Below, one piece after another: positions 16,843 to 24,881 of a DNA stretch of 64,000 nucleotides. Below the pieces are notes generated by a model. The model ran no database searches and was not told the DNA's origin. It was given only the letters and a program-made list of their open reading frames with translations. How positions within the stretch are numbered: position 1 is the first letter of the stretch; each line of letters opens with the position of its first letter. The DNA lies in the NCBI GenBank assembly GCA_964347025.1, contig CAYFWU010000004.1, positions 3,752-67,751 on the forward strand. The letters run 5' to 3'. A program made the translations under genes and the position numbers. The DNA comes from an uncultured archaeon (GTDB taxonomy: Archaea; Aenigmatarchaeota; Aenigmatarchaeia; QMZP01; QMZT01).

Positions 16843-17979
16843 TTAACACTGTGCCTGTGAGCCGCCTCCACCACCAGAGCCTACAGGACCAAATCCTGGT
16901 GCTTCAGGAGCTGAGCTCAAGGTCTGACCGCATTCCTCTGGAGGTGAATTGAAGGCAGAACATATCGCCTGCTTTATTGCTTCCGGTGATCTGTTCACCT
17001 GAACCTGCTGCCCATTTATTCCGAAAGTGGGTGAACCTCCCACACCATAAGCTTGAGCAAGAACGGCGTCAAGAGCATATGGCGGGAACCTGTCTTGGCT
17101 TTCCTGGAAAGCCTTGGTCAGCCCGAATGTATCGTCCGTTGTTTGCATACATGTTTCAACCGAATTCTTGTCAATTCCCGCTTCTCCCATACATTTTTCA
17201 GGATCATCATACTCAACGAAACATCTCAGGTAATCGGTAAACTTGTCCTTCTGTTCATTCTGTATGCAGTGCATTCTCGTATTTTCTGTCATCTCCTTTT
17301 CTCCGTGCATAATGTAGTGAACAAAATTAATCTCGAGATCTGCCTTATCTCCAAGAAGTTCTATGACCGGGATGTAAGCCTTAGTAAACTGTATACCATA
17401 CGGACAATAAGACATTATGAATGCATGCGCTTCAGGTTTGTCACTCTTCGGAACTTCAGGCGTTGGCGGTTCAGGTGGCTGAAGTTCACCTGCTTCCTCA
17501 CAGATCCCTTCGTGTTCTGTGATCTGACAGACCTGAATTTTAAGGAGTTCTTCACTGTCAAATCCTATCGCACCCAGAAACTCATCATTGTAGATCAAAA
17601 CAAAACCAGGATTCTCCATCTCCTGGGTGAACCCTGTCTTAACAAAAGGCACTCCAAGCGTGTTCGCCACCTCTCTTGCTACCGGCTCCAGCTCTGCGCA
17701 GTTGAGGCAGCCAGGAGGCGAAATGAAAATGAACTGATCAGTGGTGGATGTAGGAGCAGTAATCTGTCCTGTAATCGCAGGGTTGATAAGATAACCTATT
17801 CCAAAGAACACGACAGCTATAACAATGGAATAGAAGAACGCTTTTCTGGCTCCTATGATCCTGTCTTTGCTCTCCATCATTACCTCTTTTTTCTCAGCTT
17901 TCTCTTCCGCTGGTTTTTCATCTATTTCCTCGGTCTCAGAAACCACTTTTTCGTATTCCTTTTTTCTTCTTTTGGACAT
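16843..17979 (-). CDS. membrane-anchored extracytoplasmic thioredoxin-fold protein (DsbA/GILT-like, tentative)
   Basis: 378 aa. Has an acidic N-terminus, one TM segment, two Cys-containing thioredoxin-like segments (PPGCLNCAELEP; IMSYCPYGIQF) and a Gly-rich C-terminus ending in Cys. Confidence 0.4.
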   Translation of the reverse strand: MSKRRKKEYEKVVSETEEIDEKPAEEKAEKKEVMMESKDRIIGARKAFFYSIVIAVVFFGIGYLINPAITGQITAPTSTTDQFIFISPPGCLNCAELEPVAREVANTLGVPFVKTGFTQEMENPGFVLIYNDEFLGAIGFDSEELLKIQVCQITEHEGICEEAGELQPPEPPTPEVPKSDKPEAHAFIMSYCPYGIQFTKAYIPVIELLGDKADLEINFVHYIMHGEKEMTENTRMHCIQNEQKDKFTDYLRCFVEYDDPEKCMGEAGIDKNSVETCMQTTDDTFGLTKAFQESQDRFPPYALDAVLAQAYGVGGSPTFGINGQQVQVNRSPEAIKQAICSAFNSPPEECGQTLSSAPEAPGFGPVGSGGGGGSQAQC

Positions 17980-18066
17980 ATACGCTATTTATGTAAATTG
18001 TATTTAAATACTTTTCTATATTCTACTATATAGTAATTACAATATTATAAGCGAATTTTATGCCGA

Positions 18067-18474
18067 TCAAATGAAATAATTCAGTGCTTCTTCCGACGTC
18101 AGATAAACGAAACTTATAACATCTCCTTCATCAGGTTCGTAGAAATCGCACGGCTTTTCAGGGAGCTTTCCATTCACCAGACAAAGCCAGTGATGATTTT
18201 CATCCATCTTCACACCGTTTATTTCAGATACTATTATGCCTGTTGAGTACATCTCGTAATCAATGACAGCGACCCTCTTCAAGGCATCAAAGGCCGTCTC
18301 CCCCTCCCCTACATCATAGGTGTAAGTTAACCTCTCTATACCGTTGTCTATGTTAAGCTCAACCGTTCGTGTTGTACCCAGAACAAAAAAACCTGTGAGG
18401 TTTACTATCTGGAAGCCCGCGAATAACATAACGGCTATCAGGATGATTGCAATCAAAAGGGATCTTGATTCCAT
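18067..18474 (-). CDS. DUF4430-domain (transcobalamin-like) secreted/anchored protein
   Basis: 135 aa. Has an N-terminal TM segment. TAFDALKR...VSEINGV....HHWLCLVNGK......Y.PDEGDVISFVY resembles DUF4430. Confidence 0.5.
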   Translation of the reverse strand: MESRSLLIAIILIAVMLFAGFQIVNLTGFFVLGTTRTVELNIDNGIERLTYTYDVGEGETAFDALKRVAVIDYEMYSTGIIVSEINGVKMDENHHWLCLVNGKLPEKPCDFYEPDEGDVISFVYLTSEEALNYFI

Positions 18475-18516
18475 GCTTGATTTTTGTGAATTAGCTTTAA
18501 ATCCCTTTCAACTTCC

Positions 18517-19164
18517 TTACCCCTTTTGGAAAACATAGATACAGAATGCAGCAAACAAAGATGGTCTGCCAAAAGGAGTGTATTTTTTGTCAATCAGCCT
18601 GAGATATTTCTCTCCTGTATTTGCTATTTCACTAGCTGAAAAATAATGATCATCCGGCTTTTTATAACCGAATATCTTTCTGCCCAACTGGTAAAACCAA
18701 GTCTCGGTGGGGGACGAGAATATCAGATACCCATCTGGAACAATAAGACGGACAATCTCTTTAAATAATTTGTCCCTCTCTGCAAAGTGCTCCAGTACGC
18801 TGGCAGCAAATACAATATCAAAGCAGTTATCATCAAACGAATTATCAAAGAAATTATTCTGAAAAAGTTTAACGTTGTTTAACTTGTAATAGTCAAGCAC
18901 CTCTTTTGCTGCCCTGGTATCGATGTCAAGCCCGTACACCTGAGCAAAACCCTCTGAAAGAGCCGGCAGAAACACTCCTTCCCCGCATCCCAGATCAAGA
19001 ACCTTTTTACCTTCCACTTCTCTACCTAGATGCAGCATCTTCCTCAGGCGACTCCAGTAGAGCCATCTAACCAGAGGATTCTTGTCTGTGTACGTTCGGA
19101 CAACGTTAGTTCCGGACTTGGCTTGATGGAATTTTTTCAAAATATCTATAGGAATTGTTTTCAT
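18517..19164 (-). CDS. class I SAM-dependent methyltransferase
   Basis: 215 aa with SAM motif I VLDLGCGEGVF and a post-I acidic residue (GLDID). Confidence 0.7.
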   Translation of the reverse strand: MKTIPIDILKKFHQAKSGTNVVRTYTDKNPLVRWLYWSRLRKMLHLGREVEGKKVLDLGCGEGVFLPALSEGFAQVYGLDIDTRAAKEVLDYYKLNNVKLFQNNFFDNSFDDNCFDIVFAASVLEHFAERDKLFKEIVRLIVPDGYLIFSSPTETWFYQLGRKIFGYKKPDDHYFSASEIANTGEKYLRLIDKKYTPFGRPSLFAAFCIYVFQKG

Positions 19165-19176
19165 GCCAACATCCCA

Positions 19177-19689
19177 CTATCCTGAATGCTCCCTGCTTCC
19201 CGTGATCTCTCTCTGACCAAGGTACTTCCCTGAATAACCCTCGCTCTCCCTGTCAAGCCTTACCAGAAGGAGCTGAAAGAAGCGCGTTCCTGCCTTTATT
19301 TTAACAGGAGAATCGTTAGGATTGAAAACGCTGAGCGTTAGTGTTCCCTTGAATCCGGGATCCACCCATCCGGCGTTGTTGAACATCAGGCCGATCCTGG
19401 AAAGCGAACTCCGGAGTTTGGTTATACCCCCGACATCATTCGGTAGCTCCACGCGTTCTCTCGTTCGGACGAGAACATGCGTTTTCGGAGGAAGAACCAC
19501 TTCGTTAGCCTTGATTCTTTCATATTCAGGTTCTTTCCCGAAATCTATTTCCTCTCCCTTTGCGATCAGTATCTCATCCGAAATCCTGAGATCGATTGAA
19601 GCGGGCTGTATCTGTTCGGAATCCAGAGGTTCGATAACAAGTTTTCTGTTTTCCAGAAGCTCTTTTATAGCGAATGAAGACAAAACCAT
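19177..19689 (-). CDS. dcd: dCTP deaminase (possibly bifunctional dCTP deaminase/dUTPase)
   Basis: 170 aa. LVIEPLDSEQIQPASIDLRIS and GWVDPGFKGTLTL are typical of Dcd. Confidence 0.85.
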   Translation of the reverse strand: MVLSSFAIKELLENRKLVIEPLDSEQIQPASIDLRISDEILIAKGEEIDFGKEPEYERIKANEVVLPPKTHVLVRTRERVELPNDVGGITKLRSSLSRIGLMFNNAGWVDPGFKGTLTLSVFNPNDSPVKIKAGTRFFQLLLVRLDRESEGYSGKYLGQREITGSREHSG

Positions 19690-19697
19690 TCTATCAC

Positions 19698-20222
19698 CTA
19701 GTACTCCAATCCCTTCTCCGCTTTCTTGCCCGCAGCAAATGGGTGTTTAACATCCCTCATTTCGGTCACTAAATCCGCCTTCTCCATTATATTCTTTGTT
19801 GCCCCTCTTCCGGTAATTATGAGATTGGTTTTATCAGGGAGCTTTCTAATGAGTTCAATGACTTCAGTCTCCTTGATAATCCCCGACGATATCGCAACGT
19901 TTACTTCGTCTAATACGAGCAGATCAGGCCTGTCGACCCGTTGCGTGACCCTCCTTGCGTAGAACATGGCTTCCTTCGCCCTCTCCATATCCTTTGGGGA
20001 AGGATTCTTTAGGTCCACGAAATGCTCTCCCCCGAACTGCACGACATCGAGGTTCCGAAGGTCTTTCCTGAGCAGTATCTCCCCGCTCTCCCTTCCCTTA
20101 AGAAACTGAACCACAACCACCCGCTTTCCGTATCCAAGGAACCTCATCGCTGTTCCGAATGCTGCCGATGTCTTTCCCTTTCCTTTGCCTGTGAAAACGT
20201 AAACCAGTCCCATATCAATCAT
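19698..20222 (-). CDS. cobO: ATP:corrinoid adenosyltransferase (CobO/BtuR family)
   Basis: 174 aa. Has the P-loop-like motif TGKGKGKTSAAFG, plus VVVVQFLKG and LLVLDEVNVA. Confidence 0.8.
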   Translation of the reverse strand: MIDMGLVYVFTGKGKGKTSAAFGTAMRFLGYGKRVVVVQFLKGRESGEILLRKDLRNLDVVQFGGEHFVDLKNPSPKDMERAKEAMFYARRVTQRVDRPDLLVLDEVNVAISSGIIKETEVIELIRKLPDKTNLIITGRGATKNIMEKADLVTEMRDVKHPFAAGKKAEKGLEY

Positions 20223-20911
20223 CCCCTTACTTCACATTTGTCAAAGAATTTACTTAAACCTTTCCGTATATCCTCCATTTCTTTCTGCGTGTACGGACTC
20301 TCCTTTCCGAATTTCTTGTCAAGCGTGTGTTCATTCGAAAATTTCTGTATTACGTATTTCCTCGCCCCCTCCAGCCACTTCCCTATCTTTATAAAATCCC
20401 TGGGCTTCTGTAAACGAGGGACGGCAGTCGTCCGAAACTCGTAACTAACGCCGGAGTTCATTATTATCCTTACACTCTCCCTTATCTTTTTAATGTCCAC
20501 TTTCACACCGCAGGCCTTCTCGTATCTGGAAGGAGAGGATTTTATGTCCATCGCGATGTAGTCCAAAAGTTTGTCATCAATCAGTTTCTTTAACCTTACC
20601 GGGAAACATCCATTGGTGTCGAGTTTAACGAGAAAACCCATTGACCTTATTTTTTTAATGAAACCTTCAATGTCTTTCTGAAGTAAGGGCTCGCCCCCTG
20701 TGATCACTACTGCATCAAGCAATCCTTTCCTCGATTTCAGAAAATTGAAGAAATATTTTTCTGCAATTATAGGAGTTTCTTTTGTATCGATCACAAGATC
20801 GGCGTTTTGGCAGAAAGGGCAGCGAAGGTTGCACCCCACCGTGAAGACGATGCAAGAAACCTTGTCCGGATAATCTATGAGAGAGGTCTTCTGTAAGCCT
20901 CCAATGAGCAT
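20219..20911 (-). CDS. nrdG: anaerobic ribonucleotide reductase activating enzyme (radical SAM)
   Basis: Start moved to the ATG at 20911 (MLIGGLQKTSLIDYPDK...). Has the cluster motif GCNLRCPFCQN. The track ORF's 40-aa extension overlaps the glycyl-radical ORF in another frame. Confidence 0.8.
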   Translation of the reverse strand: MLIGGLQKTSLIDYPDKVSCIVFTVGCNLRCPFCQNADLVIDTKETPIIAEKYFFNFLKSRKGLLDAVVITGGEPLLQKDIEGFIKKIRSMGFLVKLDTNGCFPVRLKKLIDDKLLDYIAMDIKSSPSRYEKACGVKVDIKKIRESVRIIMNSGVSYEFRTTAVPRLQKPRDFIKIGKWLEGARKYVIQKFSNEHTLDKKFGKESPYTQKEMEDIRKGLSKFFDKCEVRG

Positions 20912-20919
20912 AAAAACAC

Positions 20920-21075
20920 CTATTTTTTGCTTAGATTGAAGTTTTTCCTGTCTCGGAACTCCGCCTGCTTGCCGTCGTTCCACTGTCCCACTGGCCTCAG
21001 ATATCCCACTATTCTGGAATACACTTCGCACTTGGTTCTTCTCTTTTGCAGATCTTTCGATTTTTTTCCGGTCAT
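20920..21075 (-). CDS. nrdD: glycyl-radical C-terminal segment of class III RNR, encoded as a separate 51-codon ORF in frame with nrdD
   Basis: Translates to MTGKKSKDLQKRRTKCEVYSRIVGYLRPVGQWNDGKQAEFRDRKNFNLSKK, carrying the SRxxGY..WNxGKxxE glycyl-radical signature. It is preceded by TAA-GGAGGAATTGAC-ATG. Confidence 0.6.
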   Translation of the reverse strand: MTGKKSKDLQKRRTKCEVYSRIVGYLRPVGQWNDGKQAEFRDRKNFNLSKK

Positions 21076-21087
21076 GTCAATTCCTCC

Positions 21088-23133
21088 TTATTTTGTTTTC
21101 ACGGCTATCTTAACCTTGGGCTTGAATCCTATTTCCTCATCACATACAGGACAGTATTCATGTTCTCCCCGTATGTATCCGTGTTTCGGACATATTGAAA
21201 ACGTCGGGGTGATGGTAAAGTAAGGCAGTGAATAGTGTGCAGCGATCTTCTTTACGAGGGCTTTGGTCGCTGCGGGTGAGGGAGACCTCTCTCCAACAAA
21301 TCCATGTAACACCGTCCCTCCGGTGTATCTCGATTGCAGGGCGTCCTGAAGATCCAATGCCTTGAAGATATCGTCCGTATAATTTACCGGGAGCTGTGTA
21401 GAGTTCGTGTAGTAGGGGGATGCTTCAAACTTTCGGACATTATACTCGTTCGCAACCATTATACCTGGATTCAGCTTCTTGTCAAGAAGGGCGAGCCTGT
21501 ATGACGTCCCCTCCCCGGGAGTTGCCTCAAGATTGTATATGTTCCCGCTCTGCTCCTGATATTCTGAAAGCTTGTCCCTCATGAAATCCATAACCTTCAC
21601 TGCGAACTTCACTCCCTCCTTCGATGTGATATTCGTGTCAATGAAATTCATGAGACTTTCATTCATTCCTATTATACCTATCGTGGAGAAATGGTTCTTC
21701 CAGTAACTTCCCATTGCCTTCTTGGTTGTTCTGAGATAGAACCTTGAATATGGATACAATCCTTTCTCGGTGAAACTCTCTATCACCTTTCTCTTTATTT
21801 CGAGGGAATTCCTTGCTACCCCCATCAGCGAGTCGAGCCTTGCGAAATATTCGTCTTCATTTTTTGACATGTAGCCTATCCTGGGCATGTTCAGCGTGAC
21901 CACTCCTATCGACCCGGTGAGAGGATTCGCTCCGAAGAGTCCGCCTCCCCTTCTTCGCAATTCCCTGTTATCTAACCTTAGTCTACAACACATGCTCCTT
22001 ACATCTTCCGGTTTCATGTCCGAATTGATGAAGTTCGAGAAGTAAGGAATCCCGTACTTCGAAGTCATCTCCCATATTTTTTCGTAGTTGGGATCGTCCC
22101 AGTCGAATTCCTTCGTTATGTTATACGTGGGAATGGGAAAGGTGAAAACCCTCCCCTTTGCATCCCCTTCCACCATTACTTCCGCAAACGCCCGGTTGAA
22201 CATATCCATTTCTTTCTGGTATTCTCCATAGGTGGCGTCCAAGAGTTTACCACCGAGAGCGACAGCCTCACCTTTCATGAATTTCGGTATTTTTAGGTCA
22301 AGCGTGACGTTAGTGAAGGGCGTCTGGAATCCCACACGGGTAGGAACGTTTATGTTGAAAACAAATTCCTGCATTGCCTGCTTAACACCATTGTAATCGA
22401 GATTATCCTTCCTTATGTAAGGAGCAAGTAGTGTATCGAAGCTCGAAAAGGCCTGCGCCCCTGCGGCCTCTCCTTGCAGGGTGTAAAAGAAGTTCACAAG
22501 CTGTCCGAAGGCGACTCGTAAGTGCTGGGCGGGCCTGCACTCTATCTTCCCTCTCACACCCTTGAAACCACTCATTATCAGATCCCTCAGATCCCAGCCT
22601 ACACAATACGCGCCAAATATTCCCAGATCATGGACATGGAAATCTCCCGAGACGTGCGCATCCCTGATTTCCGATGGGTAGATATTGCTCAGCCAGTATT
22701 TCGAGATGATGGTCGAGGATATGTGAAAGTTCAGTCCCTGTAAAGAATACGACATGTTCGCGTTCTCTTTCACCTTCCAGTCCGTTTCATCCAGATATTT
22801 CTCCACCACGCTGACATCAGACAGCATTTTCCTGATATCTCTTATATTCTTGTGCTGTTCCCTGTAGAGAATGTAGGCCTTCGCCGTCTTTGCGTGACCC
22901 TCCTCTATCAAAACCTTTTCAACAATGTCCTGAACATCCTCCACTGTCGGAATCTTATGCCTGAATTTCGAGTTCACAACATTCACAATGCTATCAGCGA
23001 GTTCCTCCGCACGTTTCCTGTCCTTACCGCCGACCGCCTTTGCCGCTTTCCAAACAACATTAATTATCTTCTCTTTCTCAAAATCCACAATCCTTCCGTC
23101 CCTTTTCCTTATCTTTTTCACAACCATAGACAT
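21088..23133 (-). CDS. nrdD: anaerobic (class III) ribonucleoside-triphosphate reductase, large body lacking the glycyl-radical loop
   Basis: 681 aa. Has an N-terminal ATP-cone (VKKRDGRIVDFEKEKI), a conserved core and a C-terminal Cys cluster ICPKHG...YCPVC. It ends 21 residues later at TAA. Confidence 0.85.
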   Translation of the reverse strand: MSMVVKKIRKRDGRIVDFEKEKIINVVWKAAKAVGGKDRKRAEELADSIVNVVNSKFRHKIPTVEDVQDIVEKVLIEEGHAKTAKAYILYREQHKNIRDIRKMLSDVSVVEKYLDETDWKVKENANMSYSLQGLNFHISSTIISKYWLSNIYPSEIRDAHVSGDFHVHDLGIFGAYCVGWDLRDLIMSGFKGVRGKIECRPAQHLRVAFGQLVNFFYTLQGEAAGAQAFSSFDTLLAPYIRKDNLDYNGVKQAMQEFVFNINVPTRVGFQTPFTNVTLDLKIPKFMKGEAVALGGKLLDATYGEYQKEMDMFNRAFAEVMVEGDAKGRVFTFPIPTYNITKEFDWDDPNYEKIWEMTSKYGIPYFSNFINSDMKPEDVRSMCCRLRLDNRELRRRGGGLFGANPLTGSIGVVTLNMPRIGYMSKNEDEYFARLDSLMGVARNSLEIKRKVIESFTEKGLYPYSRFYLRTTKKAMGSYWKNHFSTIGIIGMNESLMNFIDTNITSKEGVKFAVKVMDFMRDKLSEYQEQSGNIYNLEATPGEGTSYRLALLDKKLNPGIMVANEYNVRKFEASPYYTNSTQLPVNYTDDIFKALDLQDALQSRYTGGTVLHGFVGERSPSPAATKALVKKIAAHYSLPYFTITPTFSICPKHGYIRGEHEYCPVCDEEIGFKPKVKIAVKTK

Positions 23134-23136
23134 CCC

Positions 23137-23586
23137 TCACCTTCTTCCTAATCTTCTAAGCTCATTTTCAAAACTTTCCACGTCCTGGAATTCTCTGTAA
23201 ACCGAGGCGAAACGTATGTAGGCAACCTTATCCGTTTTTTTCAGTTTCTTCATCACGAGCTGCCCTATCCTCTTGCTCGGTATCTCAACACCATCATCAC
23301 TCCTCAGTTCGGTTTCTATCTCATCGATCATCTTTTCTATCATCTCATTGGTAATCGGACGTTTTTCACACGCCTTCAAAATCCCGATCTTCAGTTTGTC
23401 CCTGTCGAAACGTTCGCGTTCCCCACTCTTCTTGACAACTATCAAATCCGCTGACTCGATCCTCTCGTACGTTGTGAACCTCTTCCCGCACTTCAGACAC
23501 TCCCTCCTTCTCCGGGAGGATTTCTCATCAGATTCCCTCTTGTCAATTACCTTCAGTTCCTCATTCATGCAGTAGGGACAACGCAT
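23137..23586 (-). CDS. nrdR: transcriptional repressor NrdR (zinc ribbon + ATP-cone)
   Basis: 149 aa. MRCPYC....V.DKR......RRRREC..CGKRFTTYERIE is the NrdR signature. The stop lies 3 nt before the nrdD start. Confidence 0.85.
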   Translation of the reverse strand: MRCPYCMNEELKVIDKRESDEKSSRRRRECLKCGKRFTTYERIESADLIVVKKSGERERFDRDKLKIGILKACEKRPITNEMIEKMIDEIETELRSDDGVEIPSKRIGQLVMKKLKKTDKVAYIRFASVYREFQDVESFENELRRLGRR

Positions 23587-23624
23587 TTAGTCACCAAACC
23601 CTCAAATTTCACTACTGGTTAAAA

Positions 23625-23640
23625 ACACAATATATTGTAT
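23625..23640. promoter_or_regulatory. NrdR box 1 (ACACAATATATTGTAT)
   Basis: 16-bp AT-rich palindrome close to the published NrdR-box consensus, upstream of nrdR. Confidence 0.6.
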
Positions 23641-23656
23641 ATTTCATATCTTTAGA

Positions 23657-23672
23657 GTGCAATATATTGTAG
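23657..23672. promoter_or_regulatory. NrdR box 2 (GTGCAATATATTGTAG)
   Basis: Second copy 32 bp from box 1 (start to start). A TATA-like TTTATATA (minus-strand reading) lies just beyond it at about 23683-23692. Confidence 0.6.
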
Positions 23673-23825
23673 ATTGAGGTTATATATAAAATTTTGTATT
23701 CTCGAAAATATATTTTTTAAATCCAGACAATTTATGCCCATGTCTTAGGTTTATAATAGAAGATCATTTTAGTGTAAAAACTAAACAAATCAAAAACAAA
23801 GAACCAGAAACCGCTATTAAATATA

Positions 23826-24071
23826 TTAAAAGCGTTTTGGCTTACGCTTCTGATAACATTCCCTACAATATACGGGCCTGTCTCCTGAAGGCTTGAAAGG
23901 AACCTGTGCCTCTTTTCCGCACTCGGAACATTTTACTGTATACAACGTTCTTCCAAATTTGTCTTTTTCTCCTTCTTCTGCTTCTTCCGACACTTCGGCT
24001 GCTGCTTCCTCTTCCTTCTCTTCCTCTTCTTTAACCTCTTCTTCAGTTTTCTCCTTTTTTTCTTCTTCCAT
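23826..24071 (-). CDS. CxxC-x17-CxxC zinc-ribbon protein with poly-acidic N-terminal tail
   Basis: 81 aa with a Glu/Lys-rich N-terminal half, then CSECGKEAQVPFKPSGDRPVYCREC (exactly 17 residues between the CxxC pairs). Confidence 0.5.
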   Translation of the reverse strand: MEEEKKEKTEEEVKEEEEKEEEAAAEVSEEAEEGEKDKFGRTLYTVKCSECGKEAQVPFKPSGDRPVYCRECYQKRKPKRF

Positions 24072-24153
24072 AAAAACACCTTTTTTATTATCTTATATTG
24101 AGATTGCTGCCTTTTAAATCTAATTATTTAAAACCTCGTCACAATTCTGAAGC

Positions 24154-24390
24154 ATGAATAAAGCTGAGCTGTTCAATAAGATGAATGATATAATTTCTAT
24201 GGAGGACGAGTTTATAGAGAATCTTACAAACATAGACATTTCCAGTATCCAACATTCACAATTCAAGGTAACGACCTTTCTCAGACTGAAAAGCGGTCTT
24301 ACAAAGCTCATGGACGACTCAAGAAGACACAAAGAAATAATTTCGAATATGATTACGATCCTCTCGGGTGATCCTCGTGATGAATACTAG
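24154..24390 (+). CDS. hypothetical helical protein
   Basis: 78 aa. No recognisable motif. Overlaps the next ORF by 11 nt. Confidence 0.3.
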   Translation: MNKAELFNKMNDIISMEDEFIENLTNIDISSIQHSQFKVTTFLRLKSGLTKLMDDSRRHKEIISNMITILSGDPRDEY

Positions 24391-24577
24391 GGAAGAAATT
24401 CTTTCGCACTTAAAGGAAATGCTTAAAATGGAGAACCAAGCATATAACATGTATTCCGATCTCGCCTCCTCGGTCGATGCCCCTGCCCTGAAAAACTTCT
24501 TTCTTGAGATCGCAGAAGAGGAAAAGAACCACGCAAAAATAGTGAGTGAACTGATAAAAGTATGTGGTGAAGGTTAG
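24380..24577 (+). CDS. hypothetical small ferritin-like/rubrerythrin-like helical protein
   Basis: About 65 aa from the ATG at 24380. EMLKMENQAYNMY...EIAEEEKNHAKIV resembles a single ferritin-like helix pair with an ExxH motif. Confidence 0.3.
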   Translation: MNTREEILSHLKEMLKMENQAYNMYSDLASSVDAPALKNFFLEIAEEEKNHAKIVSELIKVCGEG

Positions 24578-24831
24578 AGATCGTATTCTTCCTTTTTCTT
24601 TTCCTCGGTTTTGGGTTTTTCTTCTTTCTCCTCCACAACAGGGGATTCGTATTCCTTTTCATCCAGCTCTTTCGAGGAGGAACCCGGCTTGTAATCAGGC
24701 CTCCTGAACTGACCATCCTGATCTTTCGCATCCTTTATCATCCGTTTTACATATGCCTTTGCCGCATTCTCTTCCTCAGGAGTCTCGAAATACTCGTATT
24801 CGTCCTCCCCTCCCTCTTCTTCGTAGTCCAT
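24574..24831 (-). CDS. hypothetical highly acidic protein
   Basis: 85 aa, Glu/Asp/Lys-rich. No recognised domain. Confidence 0.3.
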   Translation of the reverse strand: MDYEEEGGEDEYEYFETPEEENAAKAYVKRMIKDAKDQDGQFRRPDYKPGSSSKELDEKEYESPVVEEKEEKPKTEEKKKEEYDL

Positions 24832-24836
24832 AAAAA

Positions 24837-24853
24837 CAATAACACCGTTATAT
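24837..24853. promoter_or_regulatory. degenerate fourth copy of the 7-3-7 palindrome (CAATAAC-ACC-GTTATAT) abutting a TATTTATAAA box
   Basis: Lies between divergent genes 24574-24831 (-) and 24882-25217 (+). The right arm is perfect and the left arm matches 5 of 7. Confidence 0.3.
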
Positions 24854-24881
24854 TTATAAACCCTTCTTCCATCTTAATTTA

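Noticed and set aside
17053-18033. 326-aa plus-strand ORF in the track
   Set aside because: It lies entirely antisense to the better-supported 378-aa thioredoxin-fold gene (16843-17979). Its composition is low-complexity and Phe/Leu/Arg-rich, as is typical of a shadow ORF, and it has no motif.
20912-21031. N-terminal 40-aa extension of the nrdG track ORF (MRSVFQNSG...)
   Set aside because: NrdG homology begins at the internal Met (MLIGGLQKTSLIDYP). The extension overlaps, in another frame, the ORF that encodes the NrdD glycyl-radical motif.
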